64,000 bases of DNA from Dendrobates tinctorius (taxonomy: Eukaryota). The notes beneath the pieces were generated by a model, which saw only the letters and a program-made list of their open reading frames with translations, did not search any database and was not told the DNA's origin. The stretch covers positions 9,610,001-9,674,000 of the forward strand of contig NW_027361821.1 in NCBI RefSeq assembly GCF_039654945.1, written 5' to 3'. The position numbers and the translations under genes were made by a program. How positions within the stretch are numbered: the stretch's first letter is position 1; each line of letters opens with the position of its first letter. Positions 51,488 through 64,000 of the stretch are shown in pieces.

Positions 51488-53362
51488 AGGACATGTGCAT
51501 ATGCAGATTTTTCCTTCTCATTCAGAAAAAAAGACTGTTTTTCATCCGTATGTCCATATCTTAAAACTGTGTGTCATCCGTATGTCTGTTTTTTGTGTCT
51601 GTGTGCCATCGTAATGTCTGTTTTTTGCATCCTTGTGCCATTTGCATGTGTAATATTTGCATTGGTGTGCCACCAGTATGTCTGTTTTTGGAATCTGTGT
51701 GCCACCTGCATGTTTTTGCACATATGGCATCTGTTTTTACCTGAACAATTTAATAAATTGTAACAACCATTTAAGCTGCCACCGTGGGCAGTGTGTCCAG
51801 TAGTTTACATCTCAATGTGGCGCAGTGCCTCCCCACGAACCTAGCTGGGAGCTCTAGGGGAATAAAAGAGGGTCTTTCACTTTTGCCAGGGGTCAACCCG
51901 GGAAACCCATCCCCATGCACCTCATGCAGTCACAAGAGATGAGATTAAAACATCACAACAGGTTTATTGCATAGAGGTTAAATGGAGTTAAATGATGTAA
52001 AAGGCAAGGTGCATAATAAGCTACAGCAAACAAATGATATCACACATACACAACAGATATGTGACACTCTTAAAGGTATAGAATGTGTTTCACACTGAGC
52101 TTGGATGCTATGATAGCACAGGGCAATCCCAAGGGGGTAAAACAGTTCAGCTGTCAAACCATAAATTCTCCCAATTCTATCTATGCTACTAACGCACAGC
52201 TGAGAAAGACACTCTCCCGTTAAGTGATTCAAAATACTCTCCTAACTAATAACACTTAACCCACAAATGGCTGCAGCAATGCAAGTATTAGTTCATCATT
52301 GGGGCCTGGTTGCTGCAGATGTTGGCGCACTTTCAGGGACCATTGGTGCACTTACTAATTCAATAAGAGCAAAATTTTCCTCACAGATGATCCTCTTAAA
52401 AACTTTTTGGAACCTGGAATCAAAAGTCCCAACAATATTCAATTAACATGTAGTTCTGTTATAAACTCATCAACAGTGGAACCACAAGTCCTGGCAGGGT
52501 GTTCTTAATTCTTGATGCAGCAACTCTCTAGTCACACTTGTCTCCAGCTTAGAGCTTCAGCATTCAGATACCTGGGGAAACTTGGAGAGGGGTCATGATC
52601 TTTCTCTAGGGTAGGCCATGCAGCAGTGGACATCTCCTGGTAACCTGGCTTGCCTGAAGGACAAAGGAATAGCTACAATCATAGTGGGGGTATATAAAAT
52701 ATGTATAAAATAATTAACATATATACTACTAATCGATATCAAACCCTTTACTACACTGAGCAGGACTATGATGACACCATGTGGACAGTTGGAACAACCT
52801 CCAGCAAGAAAACAAAAAAGAAAAACTGACCATATAGTCAACTAAAATAATTTTTATTATAATTTTTATTATAATTCTGGTTAAAAACACAATGGAACAT
52901 ACAAAGCTGAATTAATTAGTGTACAGTTACATTGGACCCAAAACCAGGAAGGGTATATACGAAGTATTCTGCAATACAAATATTACAAATGCTGCAATAA
53001 GATATTGCCATACATACACTCAGGTTAAAGTGACATGTGCAAGTACTATACTAGAGTATATTACCAATATTCCCAGAATGTAGTAATAGCGATTACAAAC
53101 AAAGTAACTTGTGCAAGTGCTTTTCCAGAAAAAACATAAAACCTAATACAGTCACAACAAAGTGACCTGTGCAAGTGTTTTCCAGAAAAAACATAATCTA
53201 TTACTATCATGACAATTAAATAAATCAAAAATCCTGTGCATAAATTAGTAGAGTGGTATTAATATCCATTATATGAGACCAGGATTTACATAAGGTCCGA
53301 GAGTGATAGTATCAATATTTGTAAAAGCAACATTCATAGATTAATGTGCCAGCAGGTATATA

Positions 53363-54951
53363 CACTGCTCAAAAAAATAAAGGGAACACTAAGATACCAC
53401 ATTGTAGATATTACTGAATGAAATGTCACAGCTTCAAATCTTTATTTTTTACATAGTGGCATGCGTTGAGAACAAGAATACATAAAAATGATCAATGTAA
53501 AGCAAAATTAATATCCCATGGAGGTCTGGATTTGGAAGGATACTCAAAATCAAAGTGGAAAATCAAATTACAGGCTGATCCAACTTCAGTGGAAATGCCT
53601 CAAGACAAGGAAATGATGCTCAGCAGTGTGTGTGTGACCTCCACGTGCCTGTTTGACCTCCCTATGACACCTGGGCATGCTTCTGATGAGTCGGCGGATG
53701 TTGTCATGAGGACTCTCCTCCCAGACCTGGACTAAATCATCCGCCAACTCCTGGACAGTCTGTGGTGCAACGTGACGTTGGTAAATGGAGCGAGACATGA
53801 TGTCCCAGATGTGCTCAATCGGATTCAGGTCTGGGGAACGAGCGGGTCAGTCAATAGCTTCAATGCCTTCATCTTGCAGGAACTGCTGACACACTCCAGC
53901 CACATGAGGTCTGGCATTGTCCTGCATTTGAAAGAACCCAGGAGCAACCACACCAGCATATGGTCTCACAAGGGGTCTGAGGATCTCATCTCGGTACCTA
54001 ATGGCAGTCAGGCTATCTCTGGTGAGCACATGGAGGGCTGTGCGGCCCTCCAAAGAAATGCCACCGCACACCATTACTGACCCACTGCCAAACCGGTCAT
54101 GCTGAAGTCATGCTGAAGGATGTTGCAGGCAGCAGATTGCTCACCACGGCTTCTCCAGACTCTGTCACGTCTGTCACATGTGCTCAGTGTGAACCTGCTT
54201 TCATCTGTGAAGAGCACGGGGCAAAGTGGTGAATTTGCCAATCCTGGTGTTCTGTGGCAAATGCCAAGCGTCCTGCATGGTGTTGGGCTGTGAGCACAAC
54301 CCCCATCTGTGGACATCGGGCACTCAGACCATCCTCATGGAGTCGGTTTCTAACCATTTGTGTAGATACATGCACATTTTTGGCCTGCTGGAGGTCATTT
54401 TGCAGGGCTCTGACAGTGCTCCTCCTGTTCCTCTTTGCACAAAGGCTGAGGTAGCGGTCCTGCTGCTGGGATGTTGCCCTCCTACGGCCCCCTCCACATC
54501 TCCTGGTGTACTGGCCTGTCTCCTGGTAGCGCCTCCAGCCTCTGGACACTACGCTGACAGACACATCAAACCTTCTTGCCACAGCTCGCATTGATGTGCC
54601 ATCCTGGATGAGCTGCACTACTTGAGCCACTTGTGTGGGTTGTAGAGCCGGTCTCATGTTACCACGAGTGTGAAAGCACAACCAACATTCAAAAGTGAAG
54701 AAAACATCAGCCAGAAAGCATTGGTACTGAGATGTGGTCTGTGGTCCCCACCTGCAGATCCACTCCTTTATTGAGTGTGTCTTGATAATTGCCAATAATT
54801 TCCATCTGTTGTCTATTCCATTTGCACAACAGCATGTGAAATTGATTGTCAATCAGTGTTGCTTCCTAAGTGGACAGTTTGAATTCACAGAAGTTTGATT
54901 TACTTGGAGTTATATTCTGTTGTTTGTGTTCCCTTTATTTTTTGAGCAGTG
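53363..54951 (-). mobile_element. Full-length Tc1-like transposon, frameshifted (family of 6278-7701)
   Basis: TIR CACTGCTCAAAAAA(A)TAAAGGGAACAC at both ends with TA TSD; FTDESRF and QDNARPH motifs in ORFs 54074-54316 and 53847-54074. Confidence 0.95.
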
Positions 54952-55050
54952 TATATGCGTGCAGCAAAAACACATCCAGTGAAAAAAATGTATGAAAAGT
55001 ATCAGGGAACTCACTAGATAATATGGCGCGTCTGCTCCTGGATGGCATTG

Positions 55051-55089
55051 TCCGCAACGCACGTTTCGGCACATAGCCTTCGTCTGACC
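55051..55089 (-). ncRNA. Degenerate hammerhead-like motif
   Basis: Minus strand CAGACGA-A-GGC-UAUGU-GCC-GAAAC-GUGC-GUU; core U replaced by A. Confidence 0.45.
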
Positions 55090-55162
55090 TTCACAAATGA
55101 TAATTGAGTGCAAAATTATTCCTATTCCTATATATAATAAATATGTATGTGTGTGTATTGTA

Positions 55163-56770
55163 CAGTGGGGCAAAAAAGTATTTAGTCAGTCAGCAATAGT
55201 GCAAGTTCCACCACTTAAAAAGATGAGAGGCGTCTGTAATTTACATCACAGGTAGAACTCAACTATGGGAGACAAACTGAGAAAAAAAAAATCCAGAAAA
55301 TCACATTGTCTGTTTTTTTTTTCATTTTATTTGCATATTATGGTGGAAAATAAGTATTTGGTCAGAAACAAGCAATCAAGATTTCTGGCTCTCACAGACC
55401 TGTAACTTCTTCTTTAAGAGTCTCCTCTTTCCTCCACTCATTACCTGTAATTATGGCACCTGTTTAAACTTGTTATCAGTATAAAAAGACACCTGTGCAC
55501 ACCCTCAAACAGTCTGACTCCAAACTCCACTATGGTGAAGACCAAAGAGCTGTCAAAGGACACCAGAAACAAAATTGTAGCCCTGCACCAGGCTGGGAAG
55601 ACTGAATCTGCAATAGCCAACCAGCTTGGAGTGAAGAAATCAACTGTGGGAGCAATAATTAGAAAATGGAAGACATACAAGACCACTGATAATCTCCCTC
55701 GATCTGGTGCTCCACGCAAAATCCCACCCCGTGGGGTCAGAATGATCACAAGAACGGTGAGCAAAAATCCCAGAACCACGCGGGGGGACCTAGTGAATGA
55801 ACTGCAGAGAGCTGGGACCAATGTAACAAGGCCTACCATAAGTAACACACTACGCCACCATGGACTCAGATCCTGCAGTGCCAGACGTGTCCCACTGCTT
55901 AAGCCTGTACATGTCCGGGCCCGTCTGAAGTTTGCTAGAGAGCATTTGGATGATCCAGAGGAGTTTTGGGAGAATGTCCTATGGTCTGATGAAACCAAAC
56001 TGGAACTGTTTGGTAGAAACACAACTTGTCGTGTTTGGAGGAAAAAGAATAATGAGTTGCATCCATCAAACACCATACCTACTGTAAAGCATGGTGGTGG
56101 AAACATCATGCTTTGGGGCTGTTTCTCTGCAAAGGGGCCAGGACGACTGATCCGGGTACATGAAAGAATGAATGGGGCCATGTATCGTGAGATTTTGAGT
56201 GCAAACCTCCTTCCATCAGCAAGGGCATTGAATATGAAACGTGGCTGGGTCTTTCAACATGACAATGATCCAAAGCACACCGCCAGGGCAACGAAGGAGT
56301 GGCTTCGTAAGAAGCATTTCAAGGTCCTGGAGTGGCCTAGCCAGTCTCCAGATCTCAACCCTATAGAAAACCTTTGGAGGGAGTTGAATGTCCGTGTTGC
56401 CAAGCGAAAAGCCAAAAACATCACTGCTCTAGAGGAGACCTGCATGGAGGAATGGGCCAACATACCAACAACAGTGTGTGGCAACCTTGTGAAGACTTAC
56501 AGAAAACGTTTGACCTCTGTCATTGCCAACAAAGGATATATCACAAAGTATTGAGATGAAATTTTGTTTCTGACCAAATACTTATTTTCCACCATAATAT
56601 GCAAATAAAATGAAAAAAAAACAGACAATGTGATTTTCTGGATTTTTTTTTCTCAGTTTGTCTCCCATAGTTGAGGTCTACCTATGATGTAAATTACAGA
56701 CGCCTCTCATCTTTTTAAGTGGTGGAACTTGCACTATTGCTGACTGACTAAATACTTTTTTGCCCCACTG
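55163..56770 (+). mobile_element. Apparently intact Tc1 transposon (1608 bp, ~209-bp TIRs, TA TSD)
   Basis: CAGTGGGGCAAAAAAGTATTTAGTCAGTC ... GACTGACTAAATACTTTTTTGCCCCACTG; TA on both sides. Confidence 0.98.
55532..56554 (+). CDS. Tc1 DD34E transposase, 340 aa, uninterrupted
   Basis: [25 protein letters not shown] with 34 residues between second D and E; N-terminal paired-like HTH and GAPRK linker. Confidence 0.97.
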   Translation: MVKTKELSKDTRNKIVALHQAGKTESAIANQLGVKKSTVGAIIRKWKTYKTTDNLPRSGAPRKIPPRGVRMITRTVSKNPRTTRGDLVNELQRAGTNVTRPTISNTLRHHGLRSCSARRVPLLKPVHVRARLKFAREHLDDPEEFWENVLWSDETKLELFGRNTTCRVWRKKNNELHPSNTIPTVKHGGGNIMLWGCFSAKGPGRLIRVHERMNGAMYREILSANLLPSARALNMKRGWVFQHDNDPKHTARATKEWLRKKHFKVLEWPSQSPDLNPIENLWRELNVRVAKRKAKNITALEETCMEEWANIPTTVCGNLVKTYRKRLTSVIANKGYITKY

Positions 56771-58649
56771 TATGTGCTGTACATCAGGATATAAAGACCT
56801 CCACACCACTCAAACAAATTTTGACTTAGGACCAAACGTTCTTCTCATTCACCCAGAGAAACTCCTGTATGACACAGATTATGCAACACCCAATTGTGCT
56901 ATATCCTCTCTGCACACGTGGTTGAAAAGATTCCTAAAATATTCCAATATTCCACCTACCTGCAACCTGTTAGTGCCTCCAATAGTGCACATCTGTCACA
57001 TATTTCAAGCTTCGACTTGATTTAACATAATCACAATATTAAAAGTAGAATTAAGAAATTAAGCATATCAAATTTTAGAAACTGCAGCCTGCCTTACAAA
57101 GCCCAATCCATGTCTTCTATTTGGGCATGACTGATTGCTAGGGGCCCCATTTCTTGACTCAATATAAACATTAAAACTGGTGACCCTTGCCCCAGAATCA
57201 GACTAGTTTGCGCAAAATGGCAGTGCATATATAGTTTATGGTTAAAGTGGTATTCCCAGAAATTTGCGCCCAAATTTTAGTGCATTTTTTGGCACATGCT
57301 GCTGGACAATAAACCATTTATCCTTTTGTGTAACGCATGTCACTTTTAAGTGATGCCACATACCACTTGTCAGACAAAAAGCAAAAAGTTTGTATCTATC
57401 CCCTGAACATGTGGGAGGTGCAAACACATGAGATGATATGACTTGTTTGATCCAGTCTTACAATGTTGACTGTTTAATATCTTTTGTCCCTATGTGGTCT
57501 CTTATGTGGATGCATCAGGACTGGCTCACGCATCATAAACTTATGAGAGAGTCCTTAGTATGCAGCATATTATATGTAGTACTCTTTTTGCACTTTGCAG
57601 TCACTTTTTGCATAGCTATTTTCTATAATCTTTTGCACTTTATGGGATATCTATATATAGTGTTTCTTTTTTTTATTATTAATTCAATGAATTTTCTATG
57701 AATTATGGTGTTTGGGCTGGCGGAACGCACCAAATTATAAAATAATAGTAGGTGCGTTCGCAGCCCGGGGTCCACCGTGCAGAGGTGGTACACTGCTGCT
57801 AGGTAGTGGCGGAAGAATAGAGCGGCGTAAAAACAGTTACACGTGGGTTACGTCACCCAATGTGAACAGGTGCGAACTCTGTTAATGCACAGAGTCGCAC
57901 AACCGCTGAACGTAGATGCCGGAGCCTGTTTAGCTCACAGAGCCCGGCCAAAAGAGCGCACAGTGTACGGCCACAGAACTCTACCCCAAGGACACGTGGT
58001 TAGAGTCCTTCTAGGCCCACTGAGCACACGGCATTGCTGCCGCGAGTGCCGCTATAGACGCTGGCTATGAAGTGGAGCGCGTGCACTGAGGCGTGCTGAG
58101 TCCCTGGTGAGGGCTGATGCCTGACTCAACCTCTGTCCTCCCTACACCTAAGCCTGGGTGCTAGCAGGCTAGGCAGCACAACACATGTGTACCAATGGTA
58201 GGGGTTTCTTAATGAGTCATTCACCAGAGACATTCATACGTGCATACATCACTCACTCCACATAGTCTGTAAATACAGTCTTATCCTAGCGCATGGCCGA
58301 GCGGCCATGCGAACCTTTTATAGCCGCGAGCATCCGGAACCTTCCTGGCTTCTTGGATGGGCCAATCCGAACATGAGCAGGACCTGAGCACGTGACCTTC
58401 GATCTCCAATGGGAGATCACTCCACGGGCATGCTCAGTGGCCTGACATGGGGACTTAGTCCCTGGAGAATCTTGCTGCTGAGCAGCATGTATTGTCATAG
58501 ATGTGCCAGAGGTGGCAGCAGCAAGCAAACCCACGGAGCTGGTCTGGGCAGAGTGCCTGGACCGACGAGTTTGCTGAGCAACCTCCTCTGCGGCTGGAGA
58601 GGAATGGGATTCTCGCTATGCAGCGACAGAAATCCGATGCCTAACATTA

Positions 58650-61600
58650 CCCCCCCTCCTAGGGCCCCTCTCTGGGCCTCACTCCACTCAAATTCCGCAA
58701 TGAGAAGAGGAGCGTGGATGTTCCCCACCGGCTCCCAGGTCCGAGCCTCTGGACCATGACCCTTCCAATCCACCAAGTGAAACTTTTTGCCCCGCATCAT
58801 CTAGCATCCCACGATGGCATTGACCTCAAACTCGTCTGACGGCAAGTCTGATGTCCCAGCAGATGGCTCAGAAAACCGGGACATGTGCACCGGCTTAAGG
58901 AGAGACACATGAAATGTGTCCGATATAGCCAAGTGTGGTGGAAGAGCCAGGCGGTAGACCACAGGGTTGATCTGCTCGAGGACCTTGAAAGGGCCAATAT
59001 AGCACGGTGCAAACTTAGCGGATTCCACCCGCAGCCTGATGTTTCGAGTGGAGAGCCACACTAAGTCGCCAGGAGCGAAGGTCAGAGCCGGGCGCCGGTG
59101 AGTGTCAGCGGAGGACCACATTCTCTCCTTGGAGGCCCGGATAGCATCCTGCGTGCGATCCCAAATGTCACGTGCCTCCACCACCCAGTCTGCCACCCTA
59201 GAGTCGGTGGACGACACGGGCATGGGCACTGGGACGCGTGGATACTGGCCGTAATTTAAGAGGAATGGGGTCTGAGCGGTGGAGTCGGCCACAGCGCTGT
59301 TCAAGGCGAACTCCGCCCACAGCAGCAAGGGTGCCCAATCATCCTGCCTGGCCAAGACAAAATGTCGCAGATATGTCACCAGGGTCTGATTGGCTCTCTC
59401 AACCAACCCGTTCATCTCGGGATGATAGGCCGAGGAGAGATTTAGCTCTATGCTGAGCAGAGAGCAGAGCTCTCTCCAGAACCGAGATGCAAACTGAGGA
59501 CCCCGGTCACTGACAATCTTATCCAGCATACTGTGCAGGCGGAAAACATGTTTAATAAACAACGCTGAGAGAGTGGTACCAGATGCACCATCTTGGAGAA
59601 ATGATCGGTGACCACCCAAATGACGGTGCTGCCACTGGACTTGGGCAGACCCACCACAAAGTCCATACCGACCATCTCCCAGGGCCTGTCAGCAACCGGC
59701 AGAGGGTAGAGTAACCCAGCGGGCCGATGCCGAGAGGGCCGATTCTGGGGGCAAGAGACGCACGCCTGTATATAGTCCCTGACGTCACGGGCCATATGCG
59801 GCCACCAGTACGTCCTCGCCAGAAGCTCAGAGGTCCGTTTGGTCCCAAAATGTCACCCAGCCTGGACAAATGAGCCCAAGAGAGGACCTCCGGTCGCAGA
59901 TGGGCAGGGACAAAAGTCTTGCCCGGAGGTACAGACTCGAGGGCGACCGGAACCACGGTCCTCAGGCTCTCAGCTGAGGCTCCTCCTCCTCCGATGACAC
60001 CACGGAGCGGGAGAGAGCATCGGCCCGGACGTTCTTCTCCCCGGAGAGAAAATGCATTGTGAAGTGGAAACGGGAGAAGAACAAGGACCATTTGGCCTGG
60101 CGAGAATTCAACCGCTGGGCTGTTTGTAAATAGACCAAATTCTTGTGGTCGGTGAACACCTGGAAAGGGTGGCGAGCCCCCTCCAGGAGGTGTCTCCACT
60201 CTGAAAAGGCCAACTTCATTTCTAGCAACTGCCTGTTGTTAGGAGATTTCTTCCTTCCCTATGATGAAATCTAGACCCTTACATGCTGCAGTCTCCTGCT
60301 TTTCATCTGCGGTAGAGGAGATTGCAGAGGAGAGTGCCTTGTGGCAACTCTCTCCAGAGGCTAACTCCTCTGTTCCCTCCACTGAGCATGCTCATGGGAC
60401 GAGCTCCCATTGGAGTTCGGGAGTCACATGCTTAGGTCCTGTGTCCAATCCTATTGGCTCCTCTTGGAGCCTTGGAGACTTCTGGAAGGTCCCGTTTGGT
60501 ATAAAAAGCGCGCATGGCTGTTCCGCCATGCGCTAGTATTTCATACTTGCTGCTGTATGTATGGTCATGGAGGCTTAGACTGGTGACTGACTTATTAAGA
60601 AACCCCTTCCCTCTGATAATACGATTGTGTGAGTGCTTGGGTTCAGCCAGTAGCAGCGCTAGCGCCAGCGCGCATATGCTCCATCTTGCTCAGCAGCTTA
60701 GCGTCTACATTGCAGCAGCATTATTGCAGCGCCTTGCCAGCGGCTCAGTTCTTGCCGCACTGCAGTTGCAGCTTTCTCTGCATCCGCGGTTGCGACGCTT
60801 CGCACTTTATTTGACGGTAGGTCTAGACGGAGTAGTCCTGCTGTTTAAGGCTACTCCTGTGACTGCGAATATCGCGACTGTATCGCTGTGAGTCTATGAC
60901 TCTGAACAGACTCAGCATTTAAGTTGAGCTTATTTGCCTGCAGCTCTGTGAGTAAAACAGAGCTTGCTTTTGTGCACTGGGTGCCGTCTAACCCTTTCGC
61001 ACATTACCGCCTTGTGCTCTGCCTCTCTAGCAGCGTTTTTTCCATCCACCGCACAGTGGACCCCGGGTGGCGAAGGCACTTTATTTATTTTTTATTTAGT
61101 GTCTTCCGCCACTCCTAACACCTGTCCCCGATGGAATAATTCCTCTCTGCCGGTGTGAAGGTTTTGGAGAAGACGCATGGGTGCTTCCGACCTTGCGAGT
61201 CCTTCTGGAACAGGACCGCTCCAGCACCGACGGAAGAGGCATCCACCTCCAGAATGAAGGGCTTATCTACATCGGGGCGATGTAGAATGGGAGCACTAGC
61301 GAAATGGGACTTAATGGAGGAGAAGGCCTTGGAGATCGGTTCCGACCACAACTTGGGGTTTGCACCCTACTTGGTGAGGGCTACCAAGGGTGCTACCAAA
61401 GTCGAGAAGTGGGGGATGAATTGGCGATAGTAATTTATGAACCCCATAAAGCGCTGCACCGCTTTGAGAGAACGAGGTTCCTGCCAATCCATCACCGCCT
61501 GTAGCTTGGCAGGATCCATGGCCAATCCCCGGGCGGAGATGATATAGCCCAGGAAACGCAAGGACTCCTGCTCAAACACACACTTCTCCAACTTGGCATA

Positions 61601-63616
61601 GAGGGAGTTTGCCCGCAGGCGATCGAAAACTTTGCAAACATCTCTCCGGTGGGAGTCAATATCTGGTGAGTAGATGAGAATATAATCCAGATAGACTACA
61701 ACCGAGGTGGTAAGCATATCCCGGAAGATATCGTTCACAAAGTCTTGGAAGACTGCCGGGGCATTACAGAGGCTGAAGGGCATCACCAGGTATTCATAGT
61801 GCCCATCCCTGGTGTTAAATGCCGTCTTCCATTCGTCCCCATCACGGATGCGAATCAGGTTGTAAGCCCCCCGCAGATCAAGTTTGGAAAATACCCTCCC
61901 TCCCCGTAACCTATCAAACAGCTCTGATATCATGGGCAGAGGATACTAATTCTTAATGGTGATGGCGTTAAGACCCCTGCAATCAATGCAAGGACGTAGT
62001 TACTCGCTCTTCTTCTGGACGAAGAAGAATCCCGCCCCCGCTGGTGACACTGACTTCCTAATGAATCCTCTTGCCAGATTCTCCCTGATGTATTGAGACA
62101 TGGCCTCTGTCTCCAGGAGAGTTAGGGGATAGACTCTACCCCGGGGAGGCTCAGCACCAGGCAAGAGGTCAAAAGGACAGTCATAGGGGCGATGCGGTGG
62201 AAGGGTCTCCGCCGCCTTTTTGGAGAACACGTCCGCATACTGTCGATAGTGTTTGGGGAGCAAGGAGAGATCTGTGGGAACCTCGGTGGAGGCAACCTGA
62301 GCGCACTCCCTCAGACATCTACCCTCACATGATTTACTCCACCCAATAATCCTCCCTGAGGACCACTCTATATAGGGGGAGTGGTACCGCAACCAGGGGA
62401 CCCCTAGAAGTACCTGGTCAATACTCTCGGGTATGACGAGGAGGGATATCGTCTCCTGATGAGATGGAGCCACTGAGAGTAACAAGGGGGCGATCTGGTG
62501 GGTTATCTGTGAGGGTAGAGTGGCGCCGTTCACCACTCTGACGGTGACTGGTGTAGACATCATAACCAGGGGTATAGCGTGCCGTTGAGCGAAGGCTGAC
62601 AACATAAAATTGCCCTCTGCCCCGGAATCCACACAAACCTCCACCGCCGGAGTGGAAGAACCAAACCCAAGTGTCCCCTTAAAGGACAATTTGGAGGAAA
62701 ACGCTGCAGATTCTAGTGAGCCGCCTCCTACGGCCACTAGGGGTGTGCGTCTTCCCAGCCACTGTGGGCACTGGTTGACAAAGTGACCAGACTGCCGGCA
62801 ACCATGACAGATCACAGGGGCTCGAGCGGGCCGGGGCCTGGATCCCTTGCGGGAAGCCCCCTGACGCTCGGACGCCTGATTGGGAGATTCCAGAGTTTTA
62901 GCAAAACTGGGTGCCAACCTAAACCTCTGCCTACACTGTGTCCGCTCCAACCTTCGCTCGGCAAAGCGAAGGTCTTTACGGGTGGAGACGGTGATAAGCT
63001 CCTCCAGTGTAGCAGGAATCTCCCTGGTGGCCAGAGCGTCCTTCACATGGCCAGCCAAACCTCTCCAGAATGCTGGAATGAGGACCTTATCTGGCCACTC
63101 TAACTCCGAGGCCAGTGTCCGGATCTGGATGGCAAAGTGGCTGACCATGGAGGAACCCTGTGACAATGCCAGCAGCCGGAGCGCAGTGTCATGGGTGACT
63201 CGCGGTCCTAGGAAGACATGCTTCAGAGTGTCCAGGAACCGAGAGGCAATCTGCACCACATGATCACCACGCTCCCACAGCGGTGTGGCCCACTCCAAAG
63301 CACTGCCCAACAAGAGGGAGATAATAAATCCCACTTTGGCCCGCTCGCAGGGGAATCGGGCTGCCAGCTGCTCCAGCTGTATCGAGCACTGGCTCACGAA
63401 ACCCCTTCAAGAGGCACTATCACCCGAGAACTTCTCGGGCAGTGGGATGCGGGACAAAGTCGGGGCAGGGATGGCAGTGGTCACACGGGAGACAGCCTCT
63501 GTGGCTGCCTGAGCAGCGAATGCAGTAACATCCGCAGCTGAGGCTGGACGCTTGAGAGCCGCCAACCTGCCCTGCAGCTGCCGGATGTACTGCAGCAGGC
63601 GCTGTTCGTCCGCCAT
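58650..63616 (-). pseudogene. gag-pol of element C, frameshifted and split by solo LTR
   Basis: ORFs 63407-63616, 62000-63397, 61367-61933, 61115-61351, 59962-60228, 59448-59795, 58801-59619, 58495-58800. Confidence 0.92.
60237..61120 (+). mobile_element. Solo LTR (884 bp) inserted in RNase H of element C
   Basis: Termini TGTTAGGAG ... CTCCTAACA; TSD CCTGT at 60232-60236 and 61121-61125; TATAAAAA near 60500; removal restores NYSIGDR|QLLEMKLAF. Confidence 0.93.
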
Positions 63617-64000
63617 TACTAGCCAGACCCTGGCGCTAGGATAATGTTAGGGCTGGCAGAACGCACCAAATTATAAAATAATAGTAGGTGCGTTCGCAGC
63701 CCGGGGTCCACCGTGCAGAGGTGGTACACTGCTGCTAGGTAATGGCGGAAGAATAGAGTGGCGTAAAAACAGTCACACGTGGGTTACGTCACCCAATGTG
63801 AACAGGTGCGAACTCTGCTAATGCACAGAGTCGCACAACCGCTGAATGTAGATGCCGGAGCCTGTTTAGCTCACAGAGCCCGGCCAAAAGAGCGCACAGT
63901 GTACGGCCACAGAACTCTACCCCAAGGACACGGGGTTAGAGTCCTTCTAGGCCCACTGAGCGCGCGGCATCACTGCCGCGAGCGCCGCTATAGACGCTGG

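Larger units (their letters stand above)
52800..55100 (-). mobile_element. Penelope-like remnant interrupted by a Tc1 insertion
   Basis: AT-rich tail with AATAAA (minus) near 52850 and hammerhead-like motif at 55051-55089. Confidence 0.45.
57709..64000 (-). mobile_element. Gypsy chromovirus (sushi-type) element C; 3' LTR 57709-58646, 5' LTR from 63645 running off the window
   Basis: 63645-64000 matches 57709-58065; PPT next to 58646; gag CHGCRQSGHFVNQC, CVDSGA protease, RT (YLDY), RNase H, integrase, chromodomain (LVDWKGHGPEARTWEP). Confidence 0.96.

Noticed and set aside
55441-56181. 246-aa antisense ORF over the Tc1 transposase
   Set aside because: Shadow frame of an intact coding sequence; no independent evidence.
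62000-63397. Domesticated PEG10/RTL-like gene
   Set aside because: Flanked by LTRs, frameshifted and interrupted; an ordinary decaying retrotransposon.
12149-64000. All three Gypsy elements on the minus strand as evidence of an intronic orientation bias
   Set aside because: Only three elements, and three other LTR sequences and the CR1 are on the plus strand.

Overview
Repeat-saturated vertebrate genomic DNA; the transposon mix (DIRS1, chromodomain Gypsy, CR1, L2, Tc1, Helitron, Penelope-like, TTAA and TWA MITEs) suggests an anuran amphibian (inference). No host protein-coding gene could be supported. The window holds three minus-strand chromodomain Gypsy (Tf1/sushi-type) LTR elements, a nested solo LTR, a near full-length CR1 with intact esterase ORF1, L2 fragments, one apparently intact DD34E Tc1 plus six degraded Tc1 copies, two non-autonomous Helitrons, a DIRS 3' end, a hAT fragment, Penelope-like remnants with hammerhead-like motifs, MITEs and minisatellites. 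Top observations: (1) an LTR-associated ORF with a Pro/Ala-rich region followed by a cold-shock (OB-fold) domain, visible only after removing a 5.8-kb Gypsy insertion that splits it; (2) all three Gypsy elements have a PBS complementary to their own LTR about 24 nt downstream of a TATA-like box, with a compensatory base-pair change between two of them, supporting tRNA-independent self-priming; (3) a Helitron retaining an open frame of 23-aa STPR-like repeats. Coordinates were read by eye and boundaries of old elements are approximate.
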